From IMG/VR virus record IMGVR_UViG_3300046474_000142: a stretch of DNA of 28,927 bases; one strand, 5' to 3'. Shown here piece after piece: positions 14,372 to 23,174 of this stretch; position 1 is the stretch's first letter, and each line of letters starts with the position of its first letter. Source of the stretch: a virus. Taxonomy: Duplodnaviria; Heunggongvirae; Uroviricota; Caudoviricetes. The position numbers and the translations under genes are program-made. The notes beneath the pieces were generated by a model, which saw only the letters and a program-made list of their open reading frames with translations, was not told the origin of the DNA and did no database searches.

Positions 14372-15034
14372 ATGGCGAAGAAGAAGATTCTGGGGTATTG
14401 CAGGGTGAGTACTAAGGAGCAGGGCAAGACCCGCAACGGTCTGGAAGCTCAGGCCGAAGCAATCCGCTTGTTCGCCCACTACAACGGGTACGAGCTGATC
14501 GAGATTGCTGAGGAAGTCGAATCCGGCGCTGACGATAGCCGTCCGGTGCTGGCCGATGTCACCAAGCGTGCAGCCAAGTTGGGCGCTTACGTGGTCGTCA
14601 ATAAGCTTGACCGCCTCTCCCGCGATGCCCTGTTCATCCTCACGTATGTGAAGACGAATCCCCGCTTCATCGTCACGATGTTGGGGGAGGATGTTGACCC
14701 GTTCATGCTTCACATCTATGCCGCTCTGGCCGAGAAGGAGCGTGCGCAGATTTCCGACCGCACCCGTGCTGCCCTTCAGGCAAAGAAAGCCCGTGGGGAG
14801 GCTCTTGGAGCGTCACAGGCGGTTTTGAAGAAGGCCACGGCCAGCTCCATCGTCGCCATGCAGTCGCAGGCTGACGCGTTCGCAGCTCGGATGAAGACCA
14901 CTGTTAAGCGGATGGTTGACGCTGGGATGTCTTACAGGGCCATCGCCGCTGAGTTGAATCAGAACGGCACCAAGACTGCCCGTGGCGGTGATTGGCACGC
15001 TATGACGGTGAGCAATCTGGTAGCGCGTTTCTGA
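14372..15034 (+). CDS. Small serine recombinase (resolvase/invertase catalytic domain plus recombinase-type DNA-binding tail)
   Basis: GYCRVST catalytic Ser, KLDRLSRD, AEKER..IS.RT; C-terminal SYRAIA.ELN..G..T.RGG.W. Confidence 0.92.
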   Translation: MAKKKILGYCRVSTKEQGKTRNGLEAQAEAIRLFAHYNGYELIEIAEEVESGADDSRPVLADVTKRAAKLGAYVVVNKLDRLSRDALFILTYVKTNPRFIVTMLGEDVDPFMLHIYAALAEKERAQISDRTRAALQAKKARGEALGASQAVLKKATASSIVAMQSQADAFAARMKTTVKRMVDAGMSYRAIAAELNQNGTKTARGGDWHAMTVSNLVARF

Positions 15035-15097
15035 CTGTGCGCAACGCAGCAGGCAGGCTCAGACCGCATACTGGGGCTTTCGACAACGGAGGCCAAA

Positions 15098-15553
15098 ATG
15101 ACACGGTATTTTTTGATTCGGGTAGTCGCCGTAGCAATCGGTGTGGCTTGCTGCTATGCCGCCCCTTCCGCTAAATCGCAGGAACTCGCAACCCCGGCAA
15201 CTGAACCCCAAAGGGGGAAATTCCGTGGGCCTGACGACCCTGAAAGGTGGGAATGGGAAGCCCGGATTGGAACCCGGCATCTGCGGGACGCAGTTGACTT
15301 CGACCGGGCGATGGAAAAGGTGTACGAGGCCGCAGCAGCCAAATGCCCCGACTCTGAAGGGGTTGATGGCTGGTTCTTGTGGCTGGGCCGAGTGAACCGA
15401 AACGGCGTGATTACGAAGACCCACAGATCGTCCGAGAGCGAGTTCCCGAAGTGTATGGATTCGAAGCTGCTGGGCGTGAAGGTGAAAAGACCGCCAAAAT
15501 GGAATCAAGCCGGTTATCCGGTAATGTTTATGTACGGGCCAGTGGGCCATTAA
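15098..15553 (+). CDS. Putative exported protein
   Basis: N-terminal basic plus hydrophobic signal peptide; GGAGG RBS. Confidence 0.65.
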   Translation: MTRYFLIRVVAVAIGVACCYAAPSAKSQELATPATEPQRGKFRGPDDPERWEWEARIGTRHLRDAVDFDRAMEKVYEAAAAKCPDSEGVDGWFLWLGRVNRNGVITKTHRSSESEFPKCMDSKLLGVKVKRPPKWNQAGYPVMFMYGPVGH

Positions 15554-15581
15554 GCGCCGCAGGCGGGCCGCGAAAAATTTT

Positions 15582-15618
15582 GCCGGGAATGCAGCCCAGT
15601 CGGGCTTCCCCGGCTTTT
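15582..15618 (+). terminator. Intrinsic terminator
   Basis: GCCGGG..AGCCC/GGGCT..CCCGGC plus TTTT. Confidence 0.55.
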
Positions 15619-15632
15619 ACAAGGAGAAGAAA

Positions 15633-16178
15633 ATGAATCAACAAGACATCAATGACGCCGTAGCCATCACGTTCGCAGCCGGGTTTGCCTGTGCTGCCCA
15701 CTCCGGCCAGAAGCGCAAATACACGGGCGAGGACTACTACACGCACCCGAAGGCAGTCAGCGAAATCCTGTTCCAACACGGCCATGAGGACTTGGAGTTG
15801 CTGATCGCGGCAATCCTGCACGATGTTGTCGAAGATACGCACGTAACACTACCTACGATTTACGACAGCTTCGGCGGTGAAGTGGCGATGCTCGTTGAAT
15901 TTGTGACGAAGACGGTGTGGCCCGACCCTCAGCCGAAGCGTGCGACGAAAAAGGCGTTTGAAGTCGCCCGTCTTGCGATGGCACCGGCGAAAGTGAAGAC
16001 CCTGAAGCTGGCCGACCGCCTGCACAACATGACGATCCTTCGGGACGACCCGGCATTCGCCCCGGTGTTCGCTGCGGAGACGCGTGCGCTGCTGGACGAA
16101 GCCCTTGTCGGCGGTTGCCCGGTGCTCTGGGCGAAGGTGGATGCCATCGTGCGTGAATACCAGCAACAAAATGCTTGA
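15633..16178 (+). CDS. HD-domain hydrolase, RelA/SpoT small alarmone hydrolase (Mesh1-like)
   Basis: AHSGQKRK..GEDY.THP, AILHDVVEDT, KLADRLHNM. Confidence 0.85.
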   Translation: MNQQDINDAVAITFAAGFACAAHSGQKRKYTGEDYYTHPKAVSEILFQHGHEDLELLIAAILHDVVEDTHVTLPTIYDSFGGEVAMLVEFVTKTVWPDPQPKRATKKAFEVARLAMAPAKVKTLKLADRLHNMTILRDDPAFAPVFAAETRALLDEALVGGCPVLWAKVDAIVREYQQQNA

Positions 16179-16203
16179 CAGCACACGTAAGTAGCCTTAC
16201 AAT
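16175..16203 (+). promoter_or_regulatory. sigma70 promoter
   Basis: TTGACA-17-TACAAT. Confidence 0.85.
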
Positions 16204-16247
16204 CCTACTTACCAGCTCGACAGAGCACACTAACCAAGGAGAACAAA

Positions 16248-16637
16248 ATGAACACCAAGCAATTCGAATTCGACGCTGTTGTGGCACACCTGTACGCGCA
16301 GGGCCGTCCAGCTAAAGCCGGTATGAACCAGTGCCTCTACCGTGCGGAATATGATGGCAAAACGCTCTCGTGCGCAGTGGGTTGCCGCATACCGGACGCT
16401 ACGTATGAGCCAGCGATGGACGCTCTGGACGATACCAGCGTGGATATACTGGTGGAAGAGTTCGGAAACGTGCTTCCTAAAGAAATCGAAGAATACCTGC
16501 CGATGTTTGAGCGCTTGCAAAGCGCCCACGACGACAGCTCGCACACCGTCGCTGGTGGCTTCAATCTCAAGGTGCTTGGTAAGCGGCTTGAGTGTATCGC
16601 TACGGAGTTCGGCCTGAACTTCACCAACCCGGAGTAA
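16248..16637 (+). CDS. Hypothetical phage protein
   Basis: AAGGAG RBS; CLYR..SCAVGC.IPD..LQSAHD pattern. Confidence 0.75.
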   Translation: MNTKQFEFDAVVAHLYAQGRPAKAGMNQCLYRAEYDGKTLSCAVGCRIPDATYEPAMDALDDTSVDILVEEFGNVLPKEIEEYLPMFERLQSAHDDSSHTVAGGFNLKVLGKRLECIATEFGLNFTNPE

Positions 16638-16671
16638 GTACTGCTACGATACTACAAGCGATGTCCACTAC

Positions 16672-16700
16672 TTGACTTCTGAGGTAGGGTGTGGTACTAT
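16672..16700 (+). promoter_or_regulatory. sigma70 promoter
   Basis: TTGACT-17-TACTAT. Confidence 0.7.
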
Positions 16701-16721
16701 ACACACTTTAAGAGGTACGTA

Positions 16722-17222
16722 GTGGCAGCTAAGATCGAAGACGGAATGACGCCAAAGCAGCGTTATTTCAAGAAAAAGTATGACGAAGCCCCGCTGATCG
16801 CATGTGCTTGCGGTTGCGGGGAACAGTTGAAGGCGGTGGACAAGTATGCTCGTCCGGTGAAGTATGTAAATGGGCATAACACGCGCATTGAAGAAGGGCG
16901 CAGCCTTACGGACTGGGAAGTAGAGAAACGCTGGCGGGTAAAGAATCCAGATAAGATGCGGGAAGCCAAGACTGCGTTCTACCGGAAGCGAAAGCTTCTT
17001 GCTATGGAACTGAAAGGGAACGAGTGCTCGTTCTGCGGTATGGGGTACAACGGAAAGAACGCTGCGGCTTTTGAATTTCATCACTCTGACCCTTCAGTTA
17101 AAGAGTACACGATAAGCAAAATGCTGATTAACAAGGCGTGGGATTCTACGCTGAAAGAACTTGAAGTTTGCGTGCTAGCGTGCGCTAACTGCCACAACCA
17201 ACACCACAGCCCCGGCTGGTAA
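16722..17222 (+). CDS. Zn-finger HNH endonuclease
   Basis: CACGCG, CSFCG...FEFHH.DP...CVLACANCH; GTG start after AAGAGG. Confidence 0.8.
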   Translation: MAAKIEDGMTPKQRYFKKKYDEAPLIACACGCGEQLKAVDKYARPVKYVNGHNTRIEEGRSLTDWEVEKRWRVKNPDKMREAKTAFYRKRKLLAMELKGNECSFCGMGYNGKNAAAFEFHHSDPSVKEYTISKMLINKAWDSTLKELEVCVLACANCHNQHHSPGW

Positions 17223-17232
17223 AGGAGAGAAT

Positions 17233-18447
17233 ATGCAATTGAAGACTACTGCACACCAAGTCATTAAAGATGAAGGTTCTGCACCTATCAAGATTTGGAC
17301 GAAAGACGTTGAAGACTCTGCCATGCTTCAGTTGAAAAACATCGCCCGTCTTCCGTTTATTGCGAAGGAAGGTATTGCTGTCATGCCGGACGTACACAGC
17401 GGGATCGGCTCTACTGTTGGCAGCGTTGTAGCTACGGAGAAGGCCATAGTTCCCGCGATGGTGGGCGTCGATTTGGGTTGCGGAATGGTGGCTACGCGCC
17501 TGTCGCTGAAAATGAGCCAGTTGCCGGATTCGCTGGCGAAGATTCGTAGCGCTATCGAAGCCGCTGTGCCGATGGGAACTGGCGGGGAGCACAAGAACGA
17601 CAGGTACTACTACGATAAGGTACGCGACTGGGCGAAAATCCCTGACGCAGTTCAGGTCGTTTTCAAGGGCGACGAAGGAAAGGCTGCACTGAAGGCTGGT
17701 AAGCAGCTCGGTACGCTCGGCTCTGGCAACCATTTCATCGAAATCTGCGGCGACGAGAACGATGATGTCTGGGTTATGCTGCACTCTGGCTCCCGTGGCA
17801 TCGGCAACATGATCGGTACGTACTACATCAACAAGGGCAAGGAGCTGATGGAACAGTTCCACATCACGCTACCGGACGGCGATCTGGCCTACCTGCCGCA
17901 AGGTACTGACCTGTTCGATGACTACGTAGCAGCCGTCCAATGGGCGCAAGACTACGCGATGGAAAACCGTAAGGCGATGCTGCAAGCTGTGCTGGATGTG
18001 CTCCGCAAGGAAATCACCGTCCCGTTCGGCATCACCGAAGAGGCGATCAACTGCCATCACAACTACGTAGTGAAGGAGAAGCATTTTGGAAAAGACCTGT
18101 GGATTACCCGCAAAGGTGCTATCAAGGCTGGTGTTGACGACCTCGGCATCATCCCTTCCGCGATGGGCCAGACCAGCTTCATCGTAAGGGGCAAAGGTAA
18201 CAAGGAGTCCTACTGTTCATGCTCCCACGGCTCCGGTCGTAAGATGTCACGAACGAAGGCTAAGCAGCAGTTCACTGTTGCCGACCTCATCGCACAGACG
18301 CAGGGCGTCGAGTGTCGCAAGGATAGCGCTGTGCTGGACGAGATTCCGTCGAGCTACAAGGACATCGAGACGGTGATGAAGAATCAAGAGTCGCTGGTGG
18401 AAGTCGTACACCGACTGAAAGCCGTTTTGTGCTGTAAGGGGGCGTAA
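17233..18447 (+). CDS. rtcB: RtcB RNA ligase
   Basis: MPDVHSG, VDLGCG, GNHFIE, HSGSRG, HHNY, SHGSGR, DEIPSSYK motifs. Confidence 0.96.
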   Translation: MQLKTTAHQVIKDEGSAPIKIWTKDVEDSAMLQLKNIARLPFIAKEGIAVMPDVHSGIGSTVGSVVATEKAIVPAMVGVDLGCGMVATRLSLKMSQLPDSLAKIRSAIEAAVPMGTGGEHKNDRYYYDKVRDWAKIPDAVQVVFKGDEGKAALKAGKQLGTLGSGNHFIEICGDENDDVWVMLHSGSRGIGNMIGTYYINKGKELMEQFHITLPDGDLAYLPQGTDLFDDYVAAVQWAQDYAMENRKAMLQAVLDVLRKEITVPFGITEEAINCHHNYVVKEKHFGKDLWITRKGAIKAGVDDLGIIPSAMGQTSFIVRGKGNKESYCSCSHGSGRKMSRTKAKQQFTVADLIAQTQGVECRKDSAVLDEIPSSYKDIETVMKNQESLVEVVHRLKAVLCCKGA

Positions 18448-18448
18448 C

Positions 18449-18703
18449 ATGCCGATGGAAGATGACAATTTCTGGAAGTACTTCGGCTGGGCAATGGTTG
18501 TAACCCTTGCCATAGCTGGCTGGTACTTGCACAGCGTACGTGGCCCTGAACTGGAACAAGAGCGTGCGGTTCGTCAGGAGCAGGTAAGTACGTTCTACAG
18601 GACGCACAACTGCCGTCCTGAAGGCTACGTAGCAACGCGGTATGAACCACTCCGTACCTACCGATGCGACAATGGTGTGTACTTGGCGCAGGATATGCGA
18701 TAA
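18449..18703 (+). CDS. Hypothetical single-TM protein
   Basis: N-terminal hydrophobic segment, two Cys. Confidence 0.7.
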   Translation: MPMEDDNFWKYFGWAMVVTLAIAGWYLHSVRGPELEQERAVRQEQVSTFYRTHNCRPEGYVATRYEPLRTYRCDNGVYLAQDMR

Positions 18704-18758
18704 TGTGTACGGCGGGAACCACAAACAGCTTTACGAGTTCAATCAAAAGGAGAAATAG

Positions 18759-18929
18759 ATGGAAATTTTAAGGAAAGTATGGACGTTCGTGAAGGCTGTG
18801 TTCTTCGCTGCGTTGATTTTGGTACTCGTTGGCGTTCTAGCTCTAGTAGCAACGTGGACGAAAGGCTTAGCCTTGCTGCTGATCCTGTTCGGCGTGACGG
18901 TGTGGTACTTCTACGACAGGATGGTGTGA
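18759..18929 (+). CDS. Small 2-TM membrane protein (56 aa, not in ORF track)
   Basis: AAGGAG RBS; MEILRKVWTFVKAVFFAALILVLVGVLALVATWTKGLALLLILFGVTVWYFYDRMV. Confidence 0.75.
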   Translation: MEILRKVWTFVKAVFFAALILVLVGVLALVATWTKGLALLLILFGVTVWYFYDRMV

Positions 18930-18932
18930 GTC

Positions 18933-19157
18933 ATGGTAAAGATCAAACAAGTGTTGGCTATCCTCTTAGCCTTCATGCTGGAAAGCGAGTTCATGATGAC
19001 CGTCATCTCCGGTTTCCTGGGCGTCATCGGCATTAGCGCCATTGTCACGCTCGTTATCGTGTTCTGGGGCTTTTTCAAGTTCGTGCTCGCCCTGGGCGTG
19101 GTAGTAGTGCTTCTATACGTGTTCGGCAAGTTCTTTCAAGAGATTATTGCTGCATGA
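18933..19157 (+). CDS. Small multi-TM membrane protein
   Basis: Almost entirely hydrophobic 74 aa. Confidence 0.7.
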   Translation: MVKIKQVLAILLAFMLESEFMMTVISGFLGVIGISAIVTLVIVFWGFFKFVLALGVVVVLLYVFGKFFQEIIAA

Positions 19158-19318
19158 ACGGGTTGAAGTACAAGGACACGTTTGCTGCTAAGGGGAGCCA
19201 GCTCTTCTTAGCCCTCACGGAAGGGCCAGCGGACGGACGAGCGAAGGCAGCTAAGGCTGTCTACGATGCAACCACGGAGCGTATGTACGCTCTGCTGAAA
19301 CCAAAGGAGATGAAATGA
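19154..19318 (+). CDS. Hypothetical protein (54 aa, not in ORF track)
   Basis: ATGA overlaps at both ends; MNGLKYKDTFAAKGSQLFLAL... Confidence 0.7.
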   Translation: MNGLKYKDTFAAKGSQLFLALTEGPADGRAKAAKAVYDATTERMYALLKPKEMK

Positions 19319-19515
19319 GCACTAAGGCCTGTATTAAGTGCAAACACAGGGTAAGGAGCATTATGAACATCCTTACCACGGAGTTCTTGGAGTGCAAGCA
19401 CCCATCCATCCCGGTTAATACGATCACCGGCAAGCCGGGAATTCAGTTTTGCAGCATTCAACGCAGAGGCTTCGGCTCTTGCGGACCAAAGGGGAGTCTT
19501 TATGACGAAGTATGA
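19315..19515 (+). CDS. Small Cys-containing hypothetical protein
   Basis: CIKC...C...C...C; RBS present. Confidence 0.65.
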   Translation: MSTKACIKCKHRVRSIMNILTTEFLECKHPSIPVNTITGKPGIQFCSIQRRGFGSCGPKGSLYDEV

Positions 19516-19825
19516 AATGAGCCAACGGGTAGAAATCCACGGCTTGCCTGAAAACGCTGCTGATGCCATCTACAATGGCTGCATTGGTACTGTTGTAGCA
19601 CTACCCGGCTACAATACGCTGGCACCGAAGGGTTACGGGGTGAGGTTCGACAGCGGCATTCACGTTGGTTCTATTGTCCCGTGCATCGACAAATTCCTAC
19701 GGCCCTTCCCGCCAAAACTGCCGAATGGCAGGGGTGACATCGACAAGCTGACGAGCTGGGCTGAGTTCGATAAGGTGACGGGACTGGAATCCATCGGCTT
19801 CCGCCGTCCTAACCACGACTATTAA
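19502..19825 (+). CDS. Hypothetical protein (SH3/KOW-like start)
   Basis: QRVEI..G..GTVV...YGVRFD pattern. Confidence 0.7.
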   Translation: MTKYEMSQRVEIHGLPENAADAIYNGCIGTVVALPGYNTLAPKGYGVRFDSGIHVGSIVPCIDKFLRPFPPKLPNGRGDIDKLTSWAEFDKVTGLESIGFRRPNHDY

Positions 19826-19836
19826 AGGAGAAACAC

Positions 19837-20154
19837 ATGAAAGTCAAATACGTACATAGCGGTAACAACTACGAAGTCATCGACGGCACCTTGGATGAGC
19901 ACGTAACACTCGTCTTCATCGGCCACGGTGAAAAGAAAACCAAACCAGACGGGACCAAGTACGAGAACTACTGCACGAGAGCGCATCTCGACAGTCGCAT
20001 TGCTTGCGGCGATGTGGAGGTTATCGAGGATGAGCGGCTTCCGCTGAAAATCGAAGTGGACACTTCCCCGCTGGACAAGGCCCTAGCGTCAGCTCAAGAA
20101 CTGGAAGCTACCCTGCTACGTATTAAGGAGCTGTGGCCGTGCTCTGGATCGTAG
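19837..20154 (+). CDS. Hypothetical protein
   Basis: AAGGAG RBS, 105 aa. Confidence 0.75.
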   Translation: MKVKYVHSGNNYEVIDGTLDEHVTLVFIGHGEKKTKPDGTKYENYCTRAHLDSRIACGDVEVIEDERLPLKIEVDTSPLDKALASAQELEATLLRIKELWPCSGS

Positions 20155-20246
20155 GCGTATGTGCCATCCTGCTATGGCTGGCCTCCGGGGATGATTTCTC
20201 CGGCCCTGACGGTGCTCCCGCTGGGTTTATGAACCCGTGGCCGTAA
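20139..20246 (+). CDS. Small single-TM protein (35 aa)
   Basis: GTG start 8 nt after AAGGAG; MLWIVGVCAILLWLASGDDFSGPDGAPAGFMNPWP. Confidence 0.5.
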   Translation: MLWIVGVCAILLWLASGDDFSGPDGAPAGFMNPWP

Positions 20247-20351
20247 GGAAATACGCGGCCTGCATGAGAAACGTCAAAGCCAGCTCAGCCGTAGAGCGTA
20301 AAGTGAACTCATTGACAACGGAGTAGGAGAGCGACACTGACGACATACGGC

Positions 20352-20387
20352 AAAAAGCCGGAGGGTTCTTCGCGGTATCCTCCGGCT
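20352..20387 (-). terminator. Intrinsic terminator
   Basis: AGCCGGAGG/CCTCCGGCT stem plus TTTT. Confidence 0.75.
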
Positions 20388-20401
20388 CCTATTCCAACAA
20401 C

Positions 20402-20890
20402 TTAATGCGTTGTCTGGGCTTCGGCCTTCGACACGGCTTCGCTTGCTTCAGCCGCCGCTACAGCCTTCTTCGTCAACTCTTCGCGGGTAGCCATCACCAG
20501 ACCTTCTACCCCGTGCTCGTTCGGGCTGGTGTGCTCGATCTTCTCTTGCGTCAGATGATCAATCCCGATCACGAGGAAAGACCCGCCTTCCAATTCGTAG
20601 GAAGCGACACTGGATACCCCGTGCTTTTTCGGGTCTTTCGGCATCCCTACTTCCAGCCCTACCAGCTTGGCCCCGTCTTCCGGGGGCGTCTGCCGGAGGA
20701 TTTTTAAGGCCACTTCCAGACCCCTTGCTTGAGTCTCGGCCCCTTCGATGGCGGCTGCTATCGCTTCCTCGTGTGTAGGTTCTTTCTCCGGCTTTGATCC
20801 ACCGAAGCGCTGTTGCAAGAGAGCCATCAGCTCGTCCATGCCTACTCGCTGGCCCTGCATCATCATCAGGCAATGAATGTTTCTGCACAT
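20402..20890 (-). CDS. Hypothetical acidic protein
   Basis: AAGGAG RBS, terminator downstream. Confidence 0.7.
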   Translation of the reverse strand: MCRNIHCLMMMQGQRVGMDELMALLQQRFGGSKPEKEPTHEEAIAAAIEGAETQARGLEVALKILRQTPPEDGAKLVGLEVGMPKDPKKHGVSSVASYELEGGSFLVIGIDHLTQEKIEHTSPNEHGVEGLVMATREELTKKAVAAAEASEAVSKAEAQTTH

Positions 20891-21154
20891 TTTCTAATAC
20901 TCCTTTTGGTTGTCTTCCCATAGATTCCTCCTTCCAAACTGTCAAAGGGTGAGGAACCAGATAGCCCCTCGACCCCTTGATCTTAATCAAACTTTCCCGC
21001 CTATGCCGCACAATATGCCAAACCGACCCAAGAAAATCACGTAACCCTTTGATTTTAAAAATTTTTATTGGAAAAGCGTCCTCGCCAGCGGGACTATCGC
21101 CAATGGCGAATTTATATCCGCTAGTTACAGGTGTTTTCGGGGGAATTTATCTAT

Positions 21155-21204
21155 GGGGAGGGGAGGCTGGGGAATGGGATTTGGGGAGGGAGCCGGGAGA
21201 GGGG
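21155..21204 (+). other. G-quadruplex-forming motif
   Basis: Eight runs of 3 or more G with 1-5 nt loops. Confidence 0.6.
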
Positions 21205-21377
21205 CAATCGGGCTTAGGCTCAAGAGCGAGAGGGTGGCTTAACCCCTCGCCGGGGCGGGTTTGAGGGGTCAGGCTTTGACCAAAAATATCCATAGGAGGC
21301 CGTTAGGGGGTCGTCTAGGGGAAGGGTCCAACTCTAGGCCGATGGCCTCTACGGGCCTCTAAACGCGTCTGAGGGGC

Positions 21378-21437
21378 TGTGTATAAAAGGCTGAGGAACG
21401 TCTGCCCTGTGGACAAAGGTGTTTCCAGTGTGGATAA
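21378..21437 (-). promoter_or_regulatory. DnaA-box cluster (left)
   Basis: TTATACACA 21378, TTGTCCACA 21408, TTATCCACA 21429, all same orientation. Confidence 0.75.
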
Positions 21438-22384
21438 CTTTATGGGCCATTGGCCCTAGGATGGGCCTAGGACCGCATAGGAAGGCCCATAAGGCTAGAA
21501 CGGGGATAGGCTAGGGGGTTGAGTAGGGTAGGAGATGCAAACGCCCTGTAGGCCGTCTAATCAGTTATAGCTTTGGCCTATGGCCTAGTGAGACTCGATA
21601 GCGTTTGGTAATGGGCCATAGGCCCGGAATGCAATTCCCATGCCAAGAAGAAGCCATTGGCTAATGTCCGGGTTAAACACCCGTCCCCCGCTCTGTCGTG
21701 TGGAATAGACTATTGAGCCTGTATTCGCCATTGGCGTAGGCTATAACTAGGCCATTGGCCCTTATATAACCAATTGCCATAGGCAAGCCATTTCTATATG
21801 CTTTCCAGCTATATGCTATCAATTCGCCATTGGCGATAGTGTAAGGCTATGGGCCACTGGCCAGAGTCTATATAACTGAAAGTAATGATAACTGGATTCT
21901 ATATACTTGCGTTTTGGCAATGTGTATGATACCCTAAACCCATGAGTGCCTAGCACGAATGGGGAAGTCAGTCAAATACATTTTAGTTATATAAGGTGCC
22001 ATAGGCACAGAACTAACTGTTATGGGCCTATGGCCCTAGTAGGTACTGTTACTTAGGCTCCCTGTAGAGGGGGAGCCAATAGGGAAGGGGAGAGGCTAGG
22101 CCATAGGCCAATAGAGATATGTTCTGTGCCTATGGCACTAGATACACTTGATACGCTAGCCGAATAACTGCTAGGTGGAAGATGTATGTACGGATTGATT
22201 AGAGGCTCTACAAGCGTTTTAAATGGCCTTGCCTATACCAGCCTAGCCAAGCAATGCCGAACGTTCAGTGGTGCGCCTATAAATGGCCTTCCTGAGCCTT
22301 TGCGGGGTATGTCCTAGGGCGTATTACCGATTACCCGGCGTACAGGGCTGATTGCGTGGTACGTGAGTACTCAAGTATTGCGAT

Positions 22385-22421
22385 AAAGAAAAGCCCGTAT
22401 AGCGGGCTAGGCTATACGGGC
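22385..22421 (-). terminator. Strong intrinsic terminator ending the early operon
   Basis: 11-bp GCCCGTATAGC/GCTATACGGGC stem plus TTTTCTTT. Confidence 0.85.
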
Positions 22422-22426
22422 CGGGG

Positions 22427-22642
22427 TTAGCAGTGGGCATGGGGCCAGCCGGTGTATTCAAGCTTTAAAACGTCTGCAATCATTTGCAATGGTTTGATGT
22501 CTTCACATACAGCGGCGATGTATTGATTTGTAAGGTTCCTCCCTGCCCTAGTGAAAAGGAACAACCGGAAGCCGTTTTGATAGGTTCCGATTTGGTAATG
22601 CGTATGCGCTATTGCAGGCGCTTTCGGATTAGCTTTAAGCAT
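22427..22642 (-). CDS. Early-type hypothetical protein
   Basis: Start MLKANP after AAGGGA. Confidence 0.7.
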   Translation of the reverse strand: MLKANPKAPAIAHTHYQIGTYQNGFRLFLFTRAGRNLTNQYIAAVCEDIKPLQMIADVLKLEYTGWPHAHC

Positions 22643-22754
22643 GGCGTTTCCCTTCAGGTTAGTAATCGGGGTCATACATCGATGTAACGTTTAAATGTCG
22701 TAGGAGTAGTCCCGAACCTGTTACGTTTTTGCATTTTGTATTACTCCCTTTGGA

Positions 22755-23174
22755 CTACCCGTAATGGTGGGAACGTACACAGCCCATTTCAAAATCACCG
22801 AATAGGCAAAACTCGCCGTATGGCTTGCTAGCGTCTGAGAGCAATTCGCCTAATTCATGGCCCCTTTCGTTTGAACGTGGGCATTCGTCCCAAAAGCCTG
22901 AACCATGCCCTTCCCTGTTAAGCCAAAACAGATAACCTAAGCGCCAATCGTCGCAAAGCGGCCCCGCTTCGGTTTTGAATTCTTCTAATACCTCTTTATT
23001 CGATTCCACAAAGTCTGTGCAATCGGAAAGCATTGCAGCTTTGCATTCATCACTTACGCTATCGAATTCATCATCTAAGTTGTAAGTGTCGTTTCCCTCT
23101 TCGTCCCGGCTATCCGTGGTGGACCACAAAGCGGCCCCGATATAGCCGGAAAGGAATTTGTTAATGTCGATCAT
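22755..23174 (-). CDS. Acidic conserved phage protein (FWLNREGHGSGFWD motif)
   Basis: ATGA overlap at 23174; motif resembles a widespread phage family of unknown function. Confidence 0.75.
   Translation of the reverse strand: MIDINKFLSGYIGAALWSTTDSRDEEGNDTYNLDDEFDSVSDECKAAMLSDCTDFVESNKEVLEEFKTEAGPLCDDWRLGYLFWLNREGHGSGFWDECPRSNERGHELGELLSDASKPYGEFCLFGDFEMGCVRSHHYG

Larger units (their letters stand above)
21097..22138. repeat. Array of 14 N-GCC-nnn-GGC-N' mini-palindromes
   Basis: Cores at 21099, 21446, 21576, 21615, 21653, 21727, 21751, 21776, 21826, 21853, 21998, 22026, 22100, 22128. Confidence 0.9.

Noticed and set aside
14372-15034. IS607-family transposon
   Set aside because: No N-terminal MerR-type HTH and no adjacent TnpB
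20977-21264. 95-aa plus-strand ORF and 28323..28640 ORF
   Set aside because: No RBS, low-complexity translation of G-rich or leader DNA
21097-22138. CRISPR array
   Set aside because: Repeats are only 9-13 bp with irregular spacing; no cas genes
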